64,000 nt of DNA from Salpingoeca rosetta (Eukaryota; Protista; Choanoflagellata), in NCBI GenBank assembly GCA_033442325.1, contig JAWQFM010000001.1, positions 2,145,479 to 2,209,478 on the forward strand, read 5' to 3'. A program made the translations under genes and the position numbers. The notes under the pieces were generated by a model. It was given only the letters and a program-made list of their open reading frames with translations. It searched no databases and was not told the origin of the DNA. Within the stretch, counting starts at the first letter, position 1, and every line of letters begins with the position of its first letter. Positions 29,309 through 50,170 of this stretch are shown here, one piece after another.

Positions 29309-29753
29309 TGACTGAGTGTGTGTGTGTGTGTGTGATAGAGCAAAGGGGTGGAACGAGCAGACGTTGACGCGTAATGTGGCTGACCGTATCGTATCGGATG
29401 GGTGAAGAACCGCGGTTCAGAGCAGAGGAAGCGGACGAAGAAGTTCAAGTAAACAAGCACAAATGGTGGCTGCTACCGTTTGTTAACAGCGAACAACGAC
29501 TGCGACTCGACTGGTGTTGCTGCGAAGGTGAGTGCGCTGTCTGCTGCGTTCGCTGTTCTTGTTGGATCAATGGTGTGCAGGTAGGCAGGTGCAAGCGAAA
29601 CAATGAGTGTGAGCGGAGTGAGTGCGTCGTGTGTGGGAGAGCAAGAAGAAGCAAAGCTGGTGTGTGTGGTGCGTGTTTGGCGCTGCCGTTTGTGTTGGCA
29701 GCGTTCGTCAGCCCATAGTGGCGTTGAAGAGCTGGGAAGAGCGTGACGAGAAA

Positions 29754-29954
29754 ATGCAGTTTGTGGTGTCGAAAACAACGACGATGCTGTCGCTGCGTGG
29801 TGGAGCTGCGCTCCTGTTGCTGCTCCTTCTTCTCCAACCTGCGCATGTCGTCGTCGCTGCTCAGCAGCATCACGATGATCATGATGATGGTGTTGGTGCT
29901 GACAGTGGACCCAAGGAGGTACGCTACGTGCTGCCCCGTTGCATGGTCATGTGA

Positions 29955-30021
<67 letters not shown>

Positions 30022-30659
30022 GGAAACAAGAGGGGGGGGAGGGGGCAAGAGATTACAGTCCAGTGTGAAACGCATTGAGCAGCAGTCTTGTACTCCCTCA
30101 TGTCACGTCACTCACTCACTCACTCACTCAAACACTCACTCACTCACTCAAACACACTCACTCACTCACATTCACACGCAATGACAGATGCATCAAAGAA
30201 CGGTTCATCATGGCCAATCCATGGTGTGTGAACAGGTCGCTGCCTCATTAGACAAACTGGAGACGCTTGTGCTGCCGTCTCATCTCCCTCCTTTTTCTGT
30301 ACCAGATGCTCAAGCACTGCTGGCTCCGATTCGTGAGCTGATGCAGGAGCATGGCTGCCAAGTCACCGAGACCAACACAAGCGCAAATGCGGCCCTTGAC
30401 CCGGCTTCAACTGCGCAGACAGGAGCAGCGGCAGCAGCACGCACCATGCCGACTCTCAGCGGCGTCGCTGATGAAGCGCTTGTCGAAGGTCCCCCATCGC
30501 TGCCTCCGCCTGTTCCACAGGCGAGAGGATCCCGTCACGCACCATCAGCAGCCCAACAGCAGCCCGAACCCACAATCTCGTCCATGTGTCGTGCCATCCA
30601 AGGCAAGGCTTCGTCTGCCCACTGTCAACGCCAACGACACCGCCTTTTGTTTCACCGCC

Positions 30660-30742
<83 letters not shown>

Positions 30743-32485
30743 CTACAACAACAACTACAACAACAACTACAACAACAACTACAACAACAACAACAATCGT
30801 CGCCATCTGTACCAGGTGATCAGCCAGAGAGGAGAAGCCGTCGTGACGTTGATGGCATGACGTTCTTTCATGAGCGCATTGCTGGGTTCGATCCCACCCC
30901 TGAGGCGCACGTGGACGAGTACCTGAACAAGTGCTTCCTGACCCAGCTCATGCGGGGCGATTGCCAAGGAGCCAGCATGGAGGGCTTCCTCACCATCCAC
31001 TTTGACACGTTCCTCTTCTCCGTCTCACCGAGGGAGCGTGAGCGCTTGCAGCAGGCCACCGCCAACACCACGCACGTGTGGATGACGGGGCTCATCACCG
31101 GGCAGACGCTGCGTTGGGTGCTTGCAAACGGCGTGTGGGGTGGTGTGCAGGACCTCACCATCCACGGCCTGGACAACACGGCCGTGTTCAGCATGAGTTG
31201 GCTCAACGCCTTCACGCAGCTGGACGCGCTCGACCTGAGCAGGAACAACCTGGTGGACGTCAACACCACCAGGTTTGCGCAAGCGTCACAGCTCACCGCC
31301 CTGTACCTGGACGAAAACGCCCTCACCACCATCCGGCCATCCCTGCTCGCGTCCATGACACGCCTCATCACGCTTGGGCTCAGCTACAACAACATCGAGT
31401 ACATTCCGCGCGATGTCTTTGCGCCGCTCACGAGCTTGGAGGAGCTGCTGCTGGACACAAACCACATCACGGCGATGGAGCCTGGGGCGTTTGGCAACCT
31501 GACGCGCTTGATCACCCTCGACATCTCCGCCAACACCCTAACCACCGTGGACAGCGGGCTCTTCCGGCACCTGTCGAACCTGCTTCTCTTGTGGATGGAA
31601 ATCAACCCCATCCGCCACCTGCACCCAGACACGTTCAAGCACGTGCCGGACCTGGGCTTCCTGTCGCTCGCCGTGACAGGCCTTCGCGCCATCCCACCGA
31701 CGCTCTTCGCCGCCCTCTCGCGCCTCGACGCGCTCCGCCTGCACGCGTGCGAGCTGACCTCCATCCCGCCCACCGCCTTCGACTCGCTCACCCGCATGAC
31801 GCTGCTAACCCTGGCTGGAAACCGCCTCACCACCCTGCACCCGGCCGTGCTTGCAAACACCCAAAACCTGTGGGACCTTCTCCTCGACGACAACGCCATC
31901 AGTGCGTTGCATGAGGATACCCTCGCGAACTGCACCACACTCCGCCTCCTGCATTTGGAGGGCAACAGCCTCAGCCACCTCCCGTCAACCATCTTCCGCA
32001 ACAGCCACCAGCTGACCATGCTGTTCCTGACCCACAACAGCTTCACCTCGCTCGGCTTCCTTGGCGGCGGCGCAGCACCAACACAGCTGCGCGCGCTGCT
32101 GCTCAGCCACAACCGCCTCTCCGCCTTTGACAGCACCGTCATGAACCTGCAGAACCTGCGTGAGCTTGACCTGAGCGACAACCCCATCACCACGTGCCCC
32201 GACATCTCAAACCTGCCCCAGCTGGCCACCCTGCGCGTTCGCCGCCACCGCATTGCGCACATCGACCTCACCAGCCTGCTGCGACAGCAGTTTGTGAATG
32301 TGCTGGAGTTTGACGCCGGCCCAAACACGCCATCGCGCGCCAGGGCCACGCTTGACACGGCGCAGCTCGAGCCCTGGCAGGGCCACCGCCTTCGCACGCT
32401 CTTGCTTGCAGGCATCAACAGCGAAAGCGTCATCACAGCACTCCTGCAACACCAGCGGCGCCTCTCTGCCAGCGGTGCTGCTGAC

Positions 32486-32519
<34 letters not shown>

Positions 32520-33972
32520 GTGATGACACGACACGCGAGCCCGAGCAGCGAGGGACGTCAGTGCAGCTGGAGACCCTCCATCTTGGGTGGCCCGGGCTGG
32601 ACTCAAGCGTGATGACAGACGACGAGCTGTGCAGCCTGCTCCTGTTTGGCACGCGCGAGCTACAGCTGGTTGGCACCTCCCTCACCTCCATCACCCTCTG
32701 TCCGCAGTTTCCACAAGCAACTGTGCTTCTGCAAGACAACCCGCAGCTCACATCCGTCACCATCCCATCCAACCTGAGGCACTTGAACGTGTCCGACTGC
32801 CCCCAGCTCACCCACCTCGCTGTCCCCAGCGTGGACATCCTCGACATCAGCGGCACGCGCATCCAGCCCACCAACACCATCTGCCGGGCGTGGGGCAGCA
32901 CCATGCTGTTCGCACGCCGCCTGCACGTGCCCCTGTTCGAGACGCCAGCAACAGCGCACGCCATGCTGCGCCAGTGCCTGCGTCACGTGCTGGTGCTGGA
33001 CCTGTCGGAAACAGACTGGCTCGACCGGCCCTCGCTTCTCACGCCCGTCACGCGTGACATCACCGTGCTCTCCTCGGAGACGTTTCTGTTTGCAGACCAG
33101 GTGACCGTGCCGCACTCTCGCGAGAGCCCGCCGCTGTTCCAGCTCGAAGGCGCGAGCATCACGTGCAACCTTCGCCTCACCAACACCGTGCTGCGGCCCG
33201 ACATCAACCCAACCGTCTCCGCACAGGAACTCTCGTACTTCTTCGAGTGCACGTGTGCCCGCGGATACAAGAAGACGGGTGGAGGGCGGTGTGTGCTTGA
33301 CCGACCAAACATCCCGGGCATTGCTGCCGGCTCTGTGATTGGCGGCCTTGCGCTGGGGCTGGCCATGGTGTGGATGTACCGCCGGTACCACAGGCTGTGG
33401 CTCAGCGAAGACTTGCACAAGCAGCTGCTGGTGGAGAGGGACGAAGAAGTGATGGCGCTGAAGAAGGCGTGGGAGATTGAGTACGGTGAGCTGAGGATGA
33501 TCAAGCGTGTGGCTGCGGGTGCGTTTGGTGTGGTGTTCAAGGCACAATGGGACACGGTAACGGTGGCAGTCAAAGTGCTGCAGCAAGGTGTGATGATGTT
33601 TGATGAGAGCACGGTGGTTGAGTTTGAGAAGGAGGTGGAGTTCTTGCAACGGACACGGCACCCGCACGTGGTGCGCTTCTTTGGCGCGGGCACAGACCCC
33701 AACGGCAGCCCGTTCCTGGTGCTGGAGTTTGTGGCCATGGGGTCACTCAAGGACCTGCTGGGAAAGGACATGGAGAAAGCGTTGGTGGAGATGAACCAGG
33801 ATGTTGATGCAAGTGATGACACCAGTGATGGGGTGAACACAGTGTGGGAGTTGAAGCTGCGACTGCTGCGTGATGTTGCGAGCGGGATGGCCTTTATCCA
33901 CAGCCTCGACCAAGCGCACAGGTTTGTGTACGAAGGGGAGGGGTAGGTGTTTGGGGGATGGGGGTGGTCTGC

Positions 33973-34059
<87 letters not shown>

Positions 34060-35029
34060 AAAGAAAGAGGCTGCGCGCGCGTGTGTGTGTACCTAAACAA
34101 TGCAATCTGATGTGATATTATTGCAGTTCGTTGCCATCACACTCTCTCACACACACGCACACACACGCATTCATGAACACCCTCAACTCATGCACGCACA
34201 CATACACACACAACACAACACAACACACACATGCATGCACTGCAGAGATCTGAAGAGCGGGAATGTGCTGGTGTCATCGCGCCTGCGAGCCAAGATTACG
34301 GATTTTGGATCCATTCGCCAGTGCCTCGCGGGTGGCACCTCCAAGCGCGCGCATACATCAGCGGCCACGACAGCACTCACGCCACTGCCCGTTCATGATG
34401 ACCTGGAGTACTCGCAGGCAGTGGGCACCGCGACGATCAACCCGAGCATGACGATGACGGCGGGCGTGGGGACGCCGCTGTACATGGCGCCGGAGGTGCT
34501 GTTGGGCGACAAGTACAACGCCAAGGCAGACGTGTTCAGCTTTGGCGTGCTGATGTGGGAGGTGGCGACACAGCGTGTGCCAGACTTGATTGAGCAGGAG
34601 AAAGGGGGCGACTTCCGTGGCCCGCTCATGGCTGTGTTGCACGACCTCCTGGCACAGGGGAAGCGGCTCAACTTTCCAGGTGTGTGTGTATGCGCGCTGT
34701 GGTGTGTGTGTGTGTGTGTGTGTACGTGTGTGTACGTGTGTGTGTGTACGTGTGTGTGTGTGTGTATACGTGCGTGTCTTTGTGAAAACGGGACAGCTCA
34801 TGTGGAAGGTTTTACGTGGAGTGTGGCCATTGCATTCTCACGCCCATTTCGTGATCACCATCATCGTCACCATCACTATCACCATCATCATGCAGATGGG
34901 CTGTGCGACGGGTGGTTTGAGGAGCTGAGTCTGCGGTGCATGGCGCAGGACCCAAGCGAGCGGCCCACGTTTGCCCGCCTCGAGCACACGGGCCTGCGTT
35001 CACGCAGCGTGCAGTCATCCACCGCGTGA
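29754..35029 (+). CDS. Leucine-rich-repeat receptor kinase, TKL group (Ser/Thr-type signature)
   Basis: Signal-peptide exon 29754-29918. Large exon 30188-33921 carries polyQ, many LxxLxLxxN LRRs, an EGF-like CTCARGY..RC segment, a TM helix (IAAGSVIGGLALGLAMVWMY), GAFGVV and VAVK. Catalytic H|RDLKSGN is split by intron 33922-34245, followed by DFG, GTPLYMAPE, DVFSFG and RPTF. Stop at 35027-35029. Confidence 0.93.
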
Positions 35030-35158
35030 AGCCGCTGCAACATCATAGCTGATTAGTGCACGGTGCTTTGTTGTCGATGGCATGTTTGCGCGCGGGTGTG
35101 TGTGTGTGTGTTTGTGTAGTGTAGTGTAGTGTGTAGTGCAGTGTGTCTGTGTGTGTGC

Positions 35159-35206
<48 letters not shown>

Positions 35207-35546
35207 GCGGAGCGCGAGTCGGAGTTTTTGGACCGGCAAAAGATCGGGTAATGAGTAACGCACGACGATCTAACAGTCCTGTAGACGCTAAGTTTTCACG
35301 ACAGGGATTCGTTGTGGCAAAAGACTCGTTGGGCCGGGCTGTTAAGGCATCAGTGGTCAAAAAAGTATTCTCGCCGCGATACCTTAGGATAACATTTGTC
35401 GCTATGCCGGCAGCCATGGAGTACCATCTCCGGAGCATTCTAGCCGCGTGTACAGTACTCTATAAGCGTTGCGTTGGGTTAGCCTAAGTGTGTGTGTGTG
35501 TTGTGTGTGTAGTGTGTGTGTGTGTGCGGTGTGTCGTGTGTGTGTG

Positions 35547-35594
<48 letters not shown>

Positions 35595-36044
35595 AGAAGC
35601 GACGCAGCTCTGTTGTGTAGTTCGGGAGTCAAAAATTGTAAAACGCCAACAAATGTTGAGATGCATGAGGCCATCGAAAGGATGGGGCTGACAACGCGCT
35701 GAAAGAGTTGTTTATGAAGTGTGGTAACGACAACAGTGAGGGCGCTTGTGGTTGCGGCAGCTGAAAGCGATGGAAGAGGAGGAAGGGGGAAGGACAGGGA
35801 CGGGTGGAGGGATGGGTGAATGGATGGATGGATGGATGGGTGTATGGATGGATGGATCAAACGAACGACCAGGGGAAAAGACGAGAGGAGAAACGAGGGC
35901 AGCGGGAACGAGGGAGAAACAACAAGGTTGATTACACAACGCTGGACCACGGCAATGGGCGCCTCACACGTGCATCGTTGTAACGAGTCATTGTGAGAGA
36001 CATAGCTTGTGTGCATGTGGGTTGACCTGCGTGAGTGTGAACGG

Positions 36045-36599
36045 TTAGGAGGATGGCGCGGGCGCGTTGAGCTTCTGGCACGCAGTGTGGATGGTTTCGC
36101 GCTTCTTGCAGATGGCAAAGCGGACGAGCGTTGACAGGTGTGGGTCGGATGGGTCCGTGGAGAAGAGGGACAGCGGGACACACGCCACGTGCTTGTGGGC
36201 CGCGAGCCATTTGCAGAACGTCATTGCATCCATGCCTGTGGATCGCACGTCGGCAATGACAAAATACCCGCCCTCCACGTTCGTGACATCCAGGCCCATC
36301 GCCGTCAAGCTGGCGCTGAGGTCCTTTGCATTTGCTTCAAAGAGGCGTGCCACCTCGGCCATCTGCTCCTTGGATGTTGCGTCAAGGGCGCCAGCAACAG
36401 CGTGCTGCAGCGGCGTTGGTGCGCAGAAGCTGCAGAAAGACTTCTTCTTCGCAATCGCAGCAATCCATTCCTGTACACCAGGTGCACGAGCGCACATGGG
36501 GTGTGTGAATACGTGTGAGTAACAGAGTCGTTTGAGCACTGCAACCCTCACACGATCACACACACATACACACGCGCGCGCACACACACGATCACACAA

Positions 36600-36682
<83 letters not shown>

Positions 36683-38459
36683 CACCTTGGGGCCGGTCCA
36701 CCAGCCAATGCGCCAGCCCGTAAGGGAGAACATCTTGGAGGCGCTGCCGAGGGTGAGGGTGCGTTCGCGCATGCCAGGTAGGTCCGCAAGGCGGCGGTGC
36801 GTGTGGTCGCCAAACACAACGCACTCGTACACTTCGTCAGAGAGCGCAATGAGGTTGTGCTTGCGGCACACGGAGGCGATTGCTTCCAGCTCTGCCTGCG
36901 TGAGGACGCGGCCTGTTGGGTTGTGCGGGGTGTTGCTGATGATCATGCGTGTCTTCTCACTGACAGCCTGCTCCAATGCTTCCTCCGTCAGTGCAAAGTT
37001 GGGCGGTGACAGCCGCACAACCTGCACGGCACACGTGATAGGTGTTGTTGATGAGTGATTTTGAGTGTACACGTGTGTGTGTGTGCATGTGTGCATGTGT
37101 GCATGTGTGCATGCGTGTGTGTGTGTGTGTGTGTGTTTGTGTGTTCGTTTGTGCGGATGTTCCGATGGGCATATTGGTAAGCGGGCAGGTGGGTTTGCAA
37201 AGAGGCGGACGGACAAATCCAAAACCAAGAGATGAATAAACAGAGACGGAGACACGCTCAGAGGAAGTACAACACAGGAAGTATATGCACACACTCACAC
37301 TCACACTCACACTCACACACTCACACACACACACACACAAACATACACACACACACAAACACACACACACACACAAACACAAGCGAAGGACGTACCTTGG
37401 GAACGGCATGTGCCTGTTCCAGGTGCGGGAGATACCATGGAAAGTAAGGCTCGAAGATGATGACTTCATCGCCAGGCTTGAGCAGGCTTTGGGTGGCGGC
37501 GTAGAGCGCCTCGGTGCCCGAGGTTGCAACACAGACCTCGGTGTCCGGGTCATATGTAGCGCTCTCGCCATACCATGCCGTGTAGAAGCGGGCCAGCGCC
37601 TCACGCAGTTGCGGCACGCCTGGCATCGCATGAGCAGACCGTGGATGGGCACGCACACCCGGGAAGGGGGGGGGAGCAGCATAAACCCAGAAATGAGCTC
37701 ATGATAATGGGGATGATGGATGGGTGAATGGGTGAATGGGTGAATGGGTGAATGTGGAAAGAAGCGGGAAAGGGTTGCCAAGCGTGAGTTGATGTGACAC
37801 ACCAATGGCTGGGGAGTACTGGTTCACGCTAAAGTCATCCTCGGCGCCATTGAGGATGATGTCTGCAGCAAGTTCGCGTGCCTTGCGGTCACCTGTGACA
37901 AACAAACAAACAAACAAAAACAGCATGAGGAAAGTGATGTCATGTGCATGTAAAGTGAAGTGACCTGACGTTCGTACAACAATGGAGGAGGGAAAGCTTG
38001 TTGGGGTGCAGCACAAATCCTCTAGGTGCATGGTCGTGCGAGACCCACGTGTGTCCCTCACACGCCCAAGTCCCGGCTTGCCCTCCCCGTCACACACACA
38101 CACACACACATGACAAATTGTGCACCTGGGAGGTCAGGGTAGCCTTGGCTGAGATCTGTGACGCCTGGTTGCTTGCCAAGGGCAATCACCTCCATCCATA
38201 GGTCTGCTGCTTTGTTGCTGCTCATGGCTGTCGTATGCACTCCTCGAACGTGCTGAGTCCACTGTCGGTTCTCTCCCGCTGTTGCTGCTGCTGCTGCTGT
38301 TGCTGCTCCCGCTGCTCCCGCTGCTGCTCCCGCTGTCCCCAGCGCATGTACACTAGCTTGCGTGAATGGTGGTCGCACCAAGCCCTCTCTGACACTGGCA
38401 GCACCGAAAACAGCAGAGGCAGCAGCGCGTCGTCGTTGTCCTCCAATCACCCGCCACAT
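36045..38459 (-). CDS. KYAT: Class I PLP aminotransferase, kynurenine aminotransferase / glutamine transaminase K family, with putative mitochondrial presequence
   Basis: Motifs DLSQGYPD, NQYSP..GVPQLREA, GDEVIIFEPYF, NTPHNPTG, LSDEVYE, SASKMFSLTGWRIGW (PLP lysine), GGYFVIAD and VRFAICKK. Confidence 0.9.
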
Positions 38460-39314
38460 CTCACATCCAATCAAACCACACCACACACCCTTTTTGCTTC
38501 GCTTGGTGGTGTTGTTGCTCGCTGTCCTTGCTGGCCGAAGAAATGCTGACTCAGGACGTTTGGCGTGCTGAAATTTCATGAACGACACGCACTGATTGTC
38601 CTTCCACAAAAAGATAGAGAGGCATGGACACGCGACCAAAAGAAGCACAAGCAGCAGGCGCAAAAAGCGCTTCCCGCTTGCTCTGGCTTTTGTGCCTTTT
38701 TCCCTCTTGCTGGTCTTCTCTCTCATCTTCCTCCTTGTCTCGTGTGCTTCGTGTCACCTTGTGGTGTGTGTGCTTCGTTTGTCTTGTCTTGTGTCGTGTG
38801 TCGTGTACGTCGTCGTCTTCGGCCTTTCCCCCGCTTTCGTCTCGCTGTTGGTCTCCCGTGATCTTCGTCGCGTCGGTTCCGTGTACCGTTTCGTACTTCC
38901 GTCGTCGTCGTCGTCGTCGTCGCCTTACCTTTGTTCTAACAAACGTACGTTCGCGTGCCACTGCGCGGTGGCGTCGTTTGATCAGACTTCGTTGTGTGGT
39001 GTATGGGGCTTGTGTGAGCGGGCGTCTGTGCATGTGCCTCTGTTCACGTGTGTGGGTATGTGTGCATTTGCATGTGTTGCCTCTCGACACAAGCCCTTCT
39101 CCCTTCCTCGTGCGTCCGCCCTCTTGGTCGCCCATCGCCAGTTGCTTCCTTGCTGCTGCATGTCGTTGTCCGCATTCGCGTCACCGTGCATCTTTGCTCC
39201 GCGTGCCGGCTCTTCCACATTGACGGAAACGAGACCATATGAATCAAACTCATGTCTTTATTATGCCACCCGCCAACGTGTCATCGCTGTTTGATTTGTT
39301 CCATGGACAGGAAC

Positions 39315-40118
39315 ATGACTGACGCTGCCCCTCCCGTCACAACCCCGGCCACCATGCCCCCTCCCAAGGACGAGGATGCCATCAAGCTCTTTGTTGGCCA
39401 GCTCCCCAAGTCCTATGGCGAGGAGCAGTTGACTGCCCTTCTCCAGCCCTATGGTGCCATCCATGACATGATGATCCTCAAGAACAAGATGACCGGCGAG
39501 TCCCGAGGCAAGTCTGGCTGGCTGCATGTGTGTGCATGGGTTTGGCTGTCTGTGCGTGTGCTTGTTTGTGCCGTCGGTCGCTTCAGTCGTTCGTGGTGTA
39601 CTGCGCATGCGTGCATGCGTGCATGCTGCATTTCATGTTGTTGCGCCGTCTTTCTCGCCGTGTGGTCTCAACTTGTATTGTTTGTATCGCCTGGCTCACA
39701 CCAACTTGCTTTGCTTTGTTTTTGTTTCGCAGGCTGCGCTTTCGTGACCTTCTGCTCCCGCCAATCTGCTCTGAGCGCCATTGCTGATCTCCACGAGAAG
39801 CGTACTCTTCCCACCGTACGTTCCATCACACCGTTCCTTTGTTTTGTGCGTATGTGTGTGCTTTTTTGTGTGCGAGGGGTGAGCACTCTTGTGTGTCGTG
39901 CATGTGGTGAGCACGCTCTGTGCGTCAGATCGTGCGGCAACCTCTCAAAAGTTTTGGGTTTTGTTCTCATGGTGACCACGATTCGTTTTGTCGATGTTGT
40001 CCGTGTAGATGGCCAACCCCATGCAAGTCAAGATTGCGGACAGCGAGCAGCGTGGTGGTGTGTTTCCCTCTGCAATTTGTGCTTCAGTGGTCCGTTTTGT
40101 TGTGTGTTTGCGTCTGTG

Positions 40119-40194
<76 letters not shown>

Positions 40195-42092
40195 AGTTTT
40201 CGGTGTTGCTGTGCTCGCTGCCACGCTCTTGTGTTCTTTGTTGCCTTTTCTCACTCACCGGTTCGCCCCATGCCCGCGCTTCGCTGTACTTTTTTTTTGT
40301 TTGAATTTTTTTTTCAGATGACCGCAAGCTGTTTGTTGGCATGATCTCCAAGACATGCACCGAGGCCGACCTCGAGGCCATGTTCCGCCCCTTTGGCGAG
40401 ATTGAGAGCGTCAACGTCCTCATTGGCCCCGAGGGCCAGAGCAAGGGCTGCGCATTTGTCAAGTACACCAACGCTGGCTCCGCTAACCAGGCCATTGCCA
40501 AGCTTCACAACAGCACCACCATGGAGGGTGCGCTTAGCCTAACCGCCTTGCACCCTGCGCTTGTTGCGTGGGTGCGGTTGATTGTTGATTTCACCACGCT
40601 TTTCGTTTCTGTCTGTGTGTATACGTGCATGTGTGCGTGAGTGTGTGTGTGTGTGTCTATGTAGAGCAATGTGACTGCTTGCTTGGCCAGCCCAGACATC
40701 CTCACCCCCTCACTTGCACAACATGTGCACGCACACGCACACACGCACACGCGCGCATCAGGCTGCCGCGCGCCCATGGTTGTGAAGATTGCTGACACAG
40801 AGAAGCAGAAGCAGCAGCGCCGCATGCAGCGCCAGATGCCGCCCATGGGCATGTACGGCTTCCCACCCAACGCCATGTTTGGCGCACAGGACATGGCCCA
40901 GGCAATGTACGGCGTCCAGCAGTTCAACGGTAGGTGATCGTGCCTTGCTTCCGCGCGGTGTTCTCGCAACCGTCGCCCGCCGCTGCCGCCGCCACCACCA
41001 CCACCACCACGCCCGCCACACCACTCTCTTGGCTGTCTTGAGTGGCGTTCCTTTCTGTTTGTGCCGTTTCTTTGTCTGTTTGGCTCGTTGCAACATTCAG
41101 GGTCCTATCAGTTGCTGTTTTGTTGTTTAAGTTTAAGTTGTTTGTGTTGTTATTGTTGTATGAGTTGCTGGTGATCGTGTCAGTCGTGTGGCGCCAAGGA
41201 ATATGTTTGGTGGCTGGCTTGACGCGGCTGGTGCGCGTTCACACTCTCTGTTTTATTGGCTGCTCGCTCGTTCGTTCCTGGGGGTTTTCCTTCTGTGCCC
41301 ACCACTGGATGCGTCCACGAGTGCGACCGGCTTTTGTTGGCTGCTACATGCCTCAATCCCTCGTTGCTTGCCCCTTGTGCTTCCTCCGCCCCTTGCTCTG
41401 CCCATTACCCTCCATTCCTGTCTTCGTTTTGTTCAATTTCGTTGCTCCATCCCTGGCTTGCTTGCCTCTTCGCTCTCTATGGCGCGTGCGTGGTTTGTGG
41501 TTGGTGGTGTTGCGTGGCCTCGGTTGCTGTTTTTTGTTCCTCGGTCGTCCTGTTTGTGTACACATCGTTGTCGTTGTTGTGTCTGTACATATGGTGGTAC
41601 CTGTGTTTGTATGTGCGTCTTGTCTTGTGTGTTTGTCTGTGTCTGTTTTTGTGCGTGTGTGTGTGTGTATTTCTGTCCGTTTGTGGTTGCGTGTATGTCG
41701 TTCTGTGTGCATCTTTTTCGTCCGCGCATGTAGTTGATGCTGAGTGGTATCCAGGTGCCGGCTTTGGCCAGCAGCCGTACGCGCAGGCCCCATATGGCGG
41801 CGCCGCCCGCGCCCCGCAGAAGGAGGGCCCGCCCAACTCCAACCTCTTCATCTACCACCTGCCCCAGGAGCTGAACGACCACTCGCTCGCCGCTACCTTC
41901 ATGTCCTTTGGCAACGTCATCAGCTCCAAGGTCTTTGTTGACAAGTACACGGGCCAGAGCAAGTGCTTCGGCTTTGTGTCGTACGACAACCCCCAGTCTG
42001 CCCAGGCTGCCATCCAGGCCATGAACGGCTTCCAGATTGGCGGCAAGCGCCTGAAGGTCCAGCTCAAGCGCCCCAAGAACGCCCCTTACTGA
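39315..42092 (+). CDS. CELF: CELF/Bruno-like RNA-binding protein (3 RRMs)
   Basis: RRM1 [12 protein letters not shown]|[19 protein letters not shown]2 [23 protein letters not shown]|[15 protein letters not shown]3 [50 protein letters not shown]. Confidence 0.96.
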
Positions 42093-42779
42093 GCGTCATC
42101 GCCACTCCCCCTTCTCAACCTCACCAGCGCGCCTTTCCTCGCTCCCTCCTCAACTTGTCTCTGGTTGACTGACTAACATGCGGCACTGTGAGCTCCAAGT
42201 GCGCGTGGCCCCTTTACCCGCTGTCGTCGCGTGTCTTGTTGTTGTTCCTTGTTCTGTGTTGCTTCGACGACGTGTGTGGGCTGTGTACGGTTGCTGTTGT
42301 TCATGTGTCTGCTTGCTGTGTCGTTGTGGACTGAGGAGTGCTGCGAGGTGGACTGTATCCGCTCACGGGGGTGACACCAAACACGCACACATACACGACC
42401 CCCAGCTGCCGCGCGATTGAGAGATCCAATACAAAAGCAAAAGCCTTCGACAACCGAACGACAAATGCATGATGCTGGTTCCCTTGCCTTTTTATGTTTG
42501 TAATGCGGGGAGGGGGGAGGGACAAAAGGCACACATGCCTGTGAGTGGTTCTCGTGTGTGCACAAGAGAGAGGGGAGGGGGTATGTTGATTGGCTGCGTA
42601 AACAAACCCACACGCTCATCAAGATAACGTTGAAATGTACATGGCATGAAGACGGCGTGAATATGCACAGATGAAGTAGTGCCTGCAATGGTGGTTCATG
42701 TACGAACACTGTCGGTAACAAACGTGTACAAGAGCACAGAGAGCGGAGGGAGGGAGGGAGGGAGAGAGAGGGAGAGAGA

Positions 42780-42850
<71 letters not shown>

Positions 42851-42857
42851 ACACACA

Positions 42858-42921
<64 letters not shown>

Positions 42922-42962
42922 GGGAGGTTCAGTTAAGCTAACTTTGCGTATGAGCGCCAGCT

Positions 42963-49926
<6,964 letters not shown>

Positions 49927-50023
49927 CTTCGCCTGCCTGCTTCCTGCTTGTTGCTTGCTTGGCCGTTTCAAGTTGGGAAGATTGGCGAATGATTCCATAC
50001 AGCTTTCGAATTGTTTGAATTTT

Positions 50024-50037
50024 GTTGCGGCGGCAAA
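50024..50037. promoter_or_regulatory. Candidate RFX X-box upstream of RPGRIP1L
   Basis: GTTGCGGCGGCAAA is an imperfect 14-bp GTTGC-N4-GCAAC palindrome about 100 bp upstream of the ATG of a ciliary gene. Confidence 0.35.
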
Positions 50038-50086
50038 TTCAAACCACACCAGCCAGCAGAGGCGATAGCTGAGAGCGTCATCGGAG

Positions 50087-50170
<84 letters not shown>

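Noticed and set aside
31384-33840. Long antisense ORFs (526, 335 and 285 aa) opposite the LRR kinase
   Set aside because: Shadow frames of GC-rich coding sequence with no recognisable motifs.
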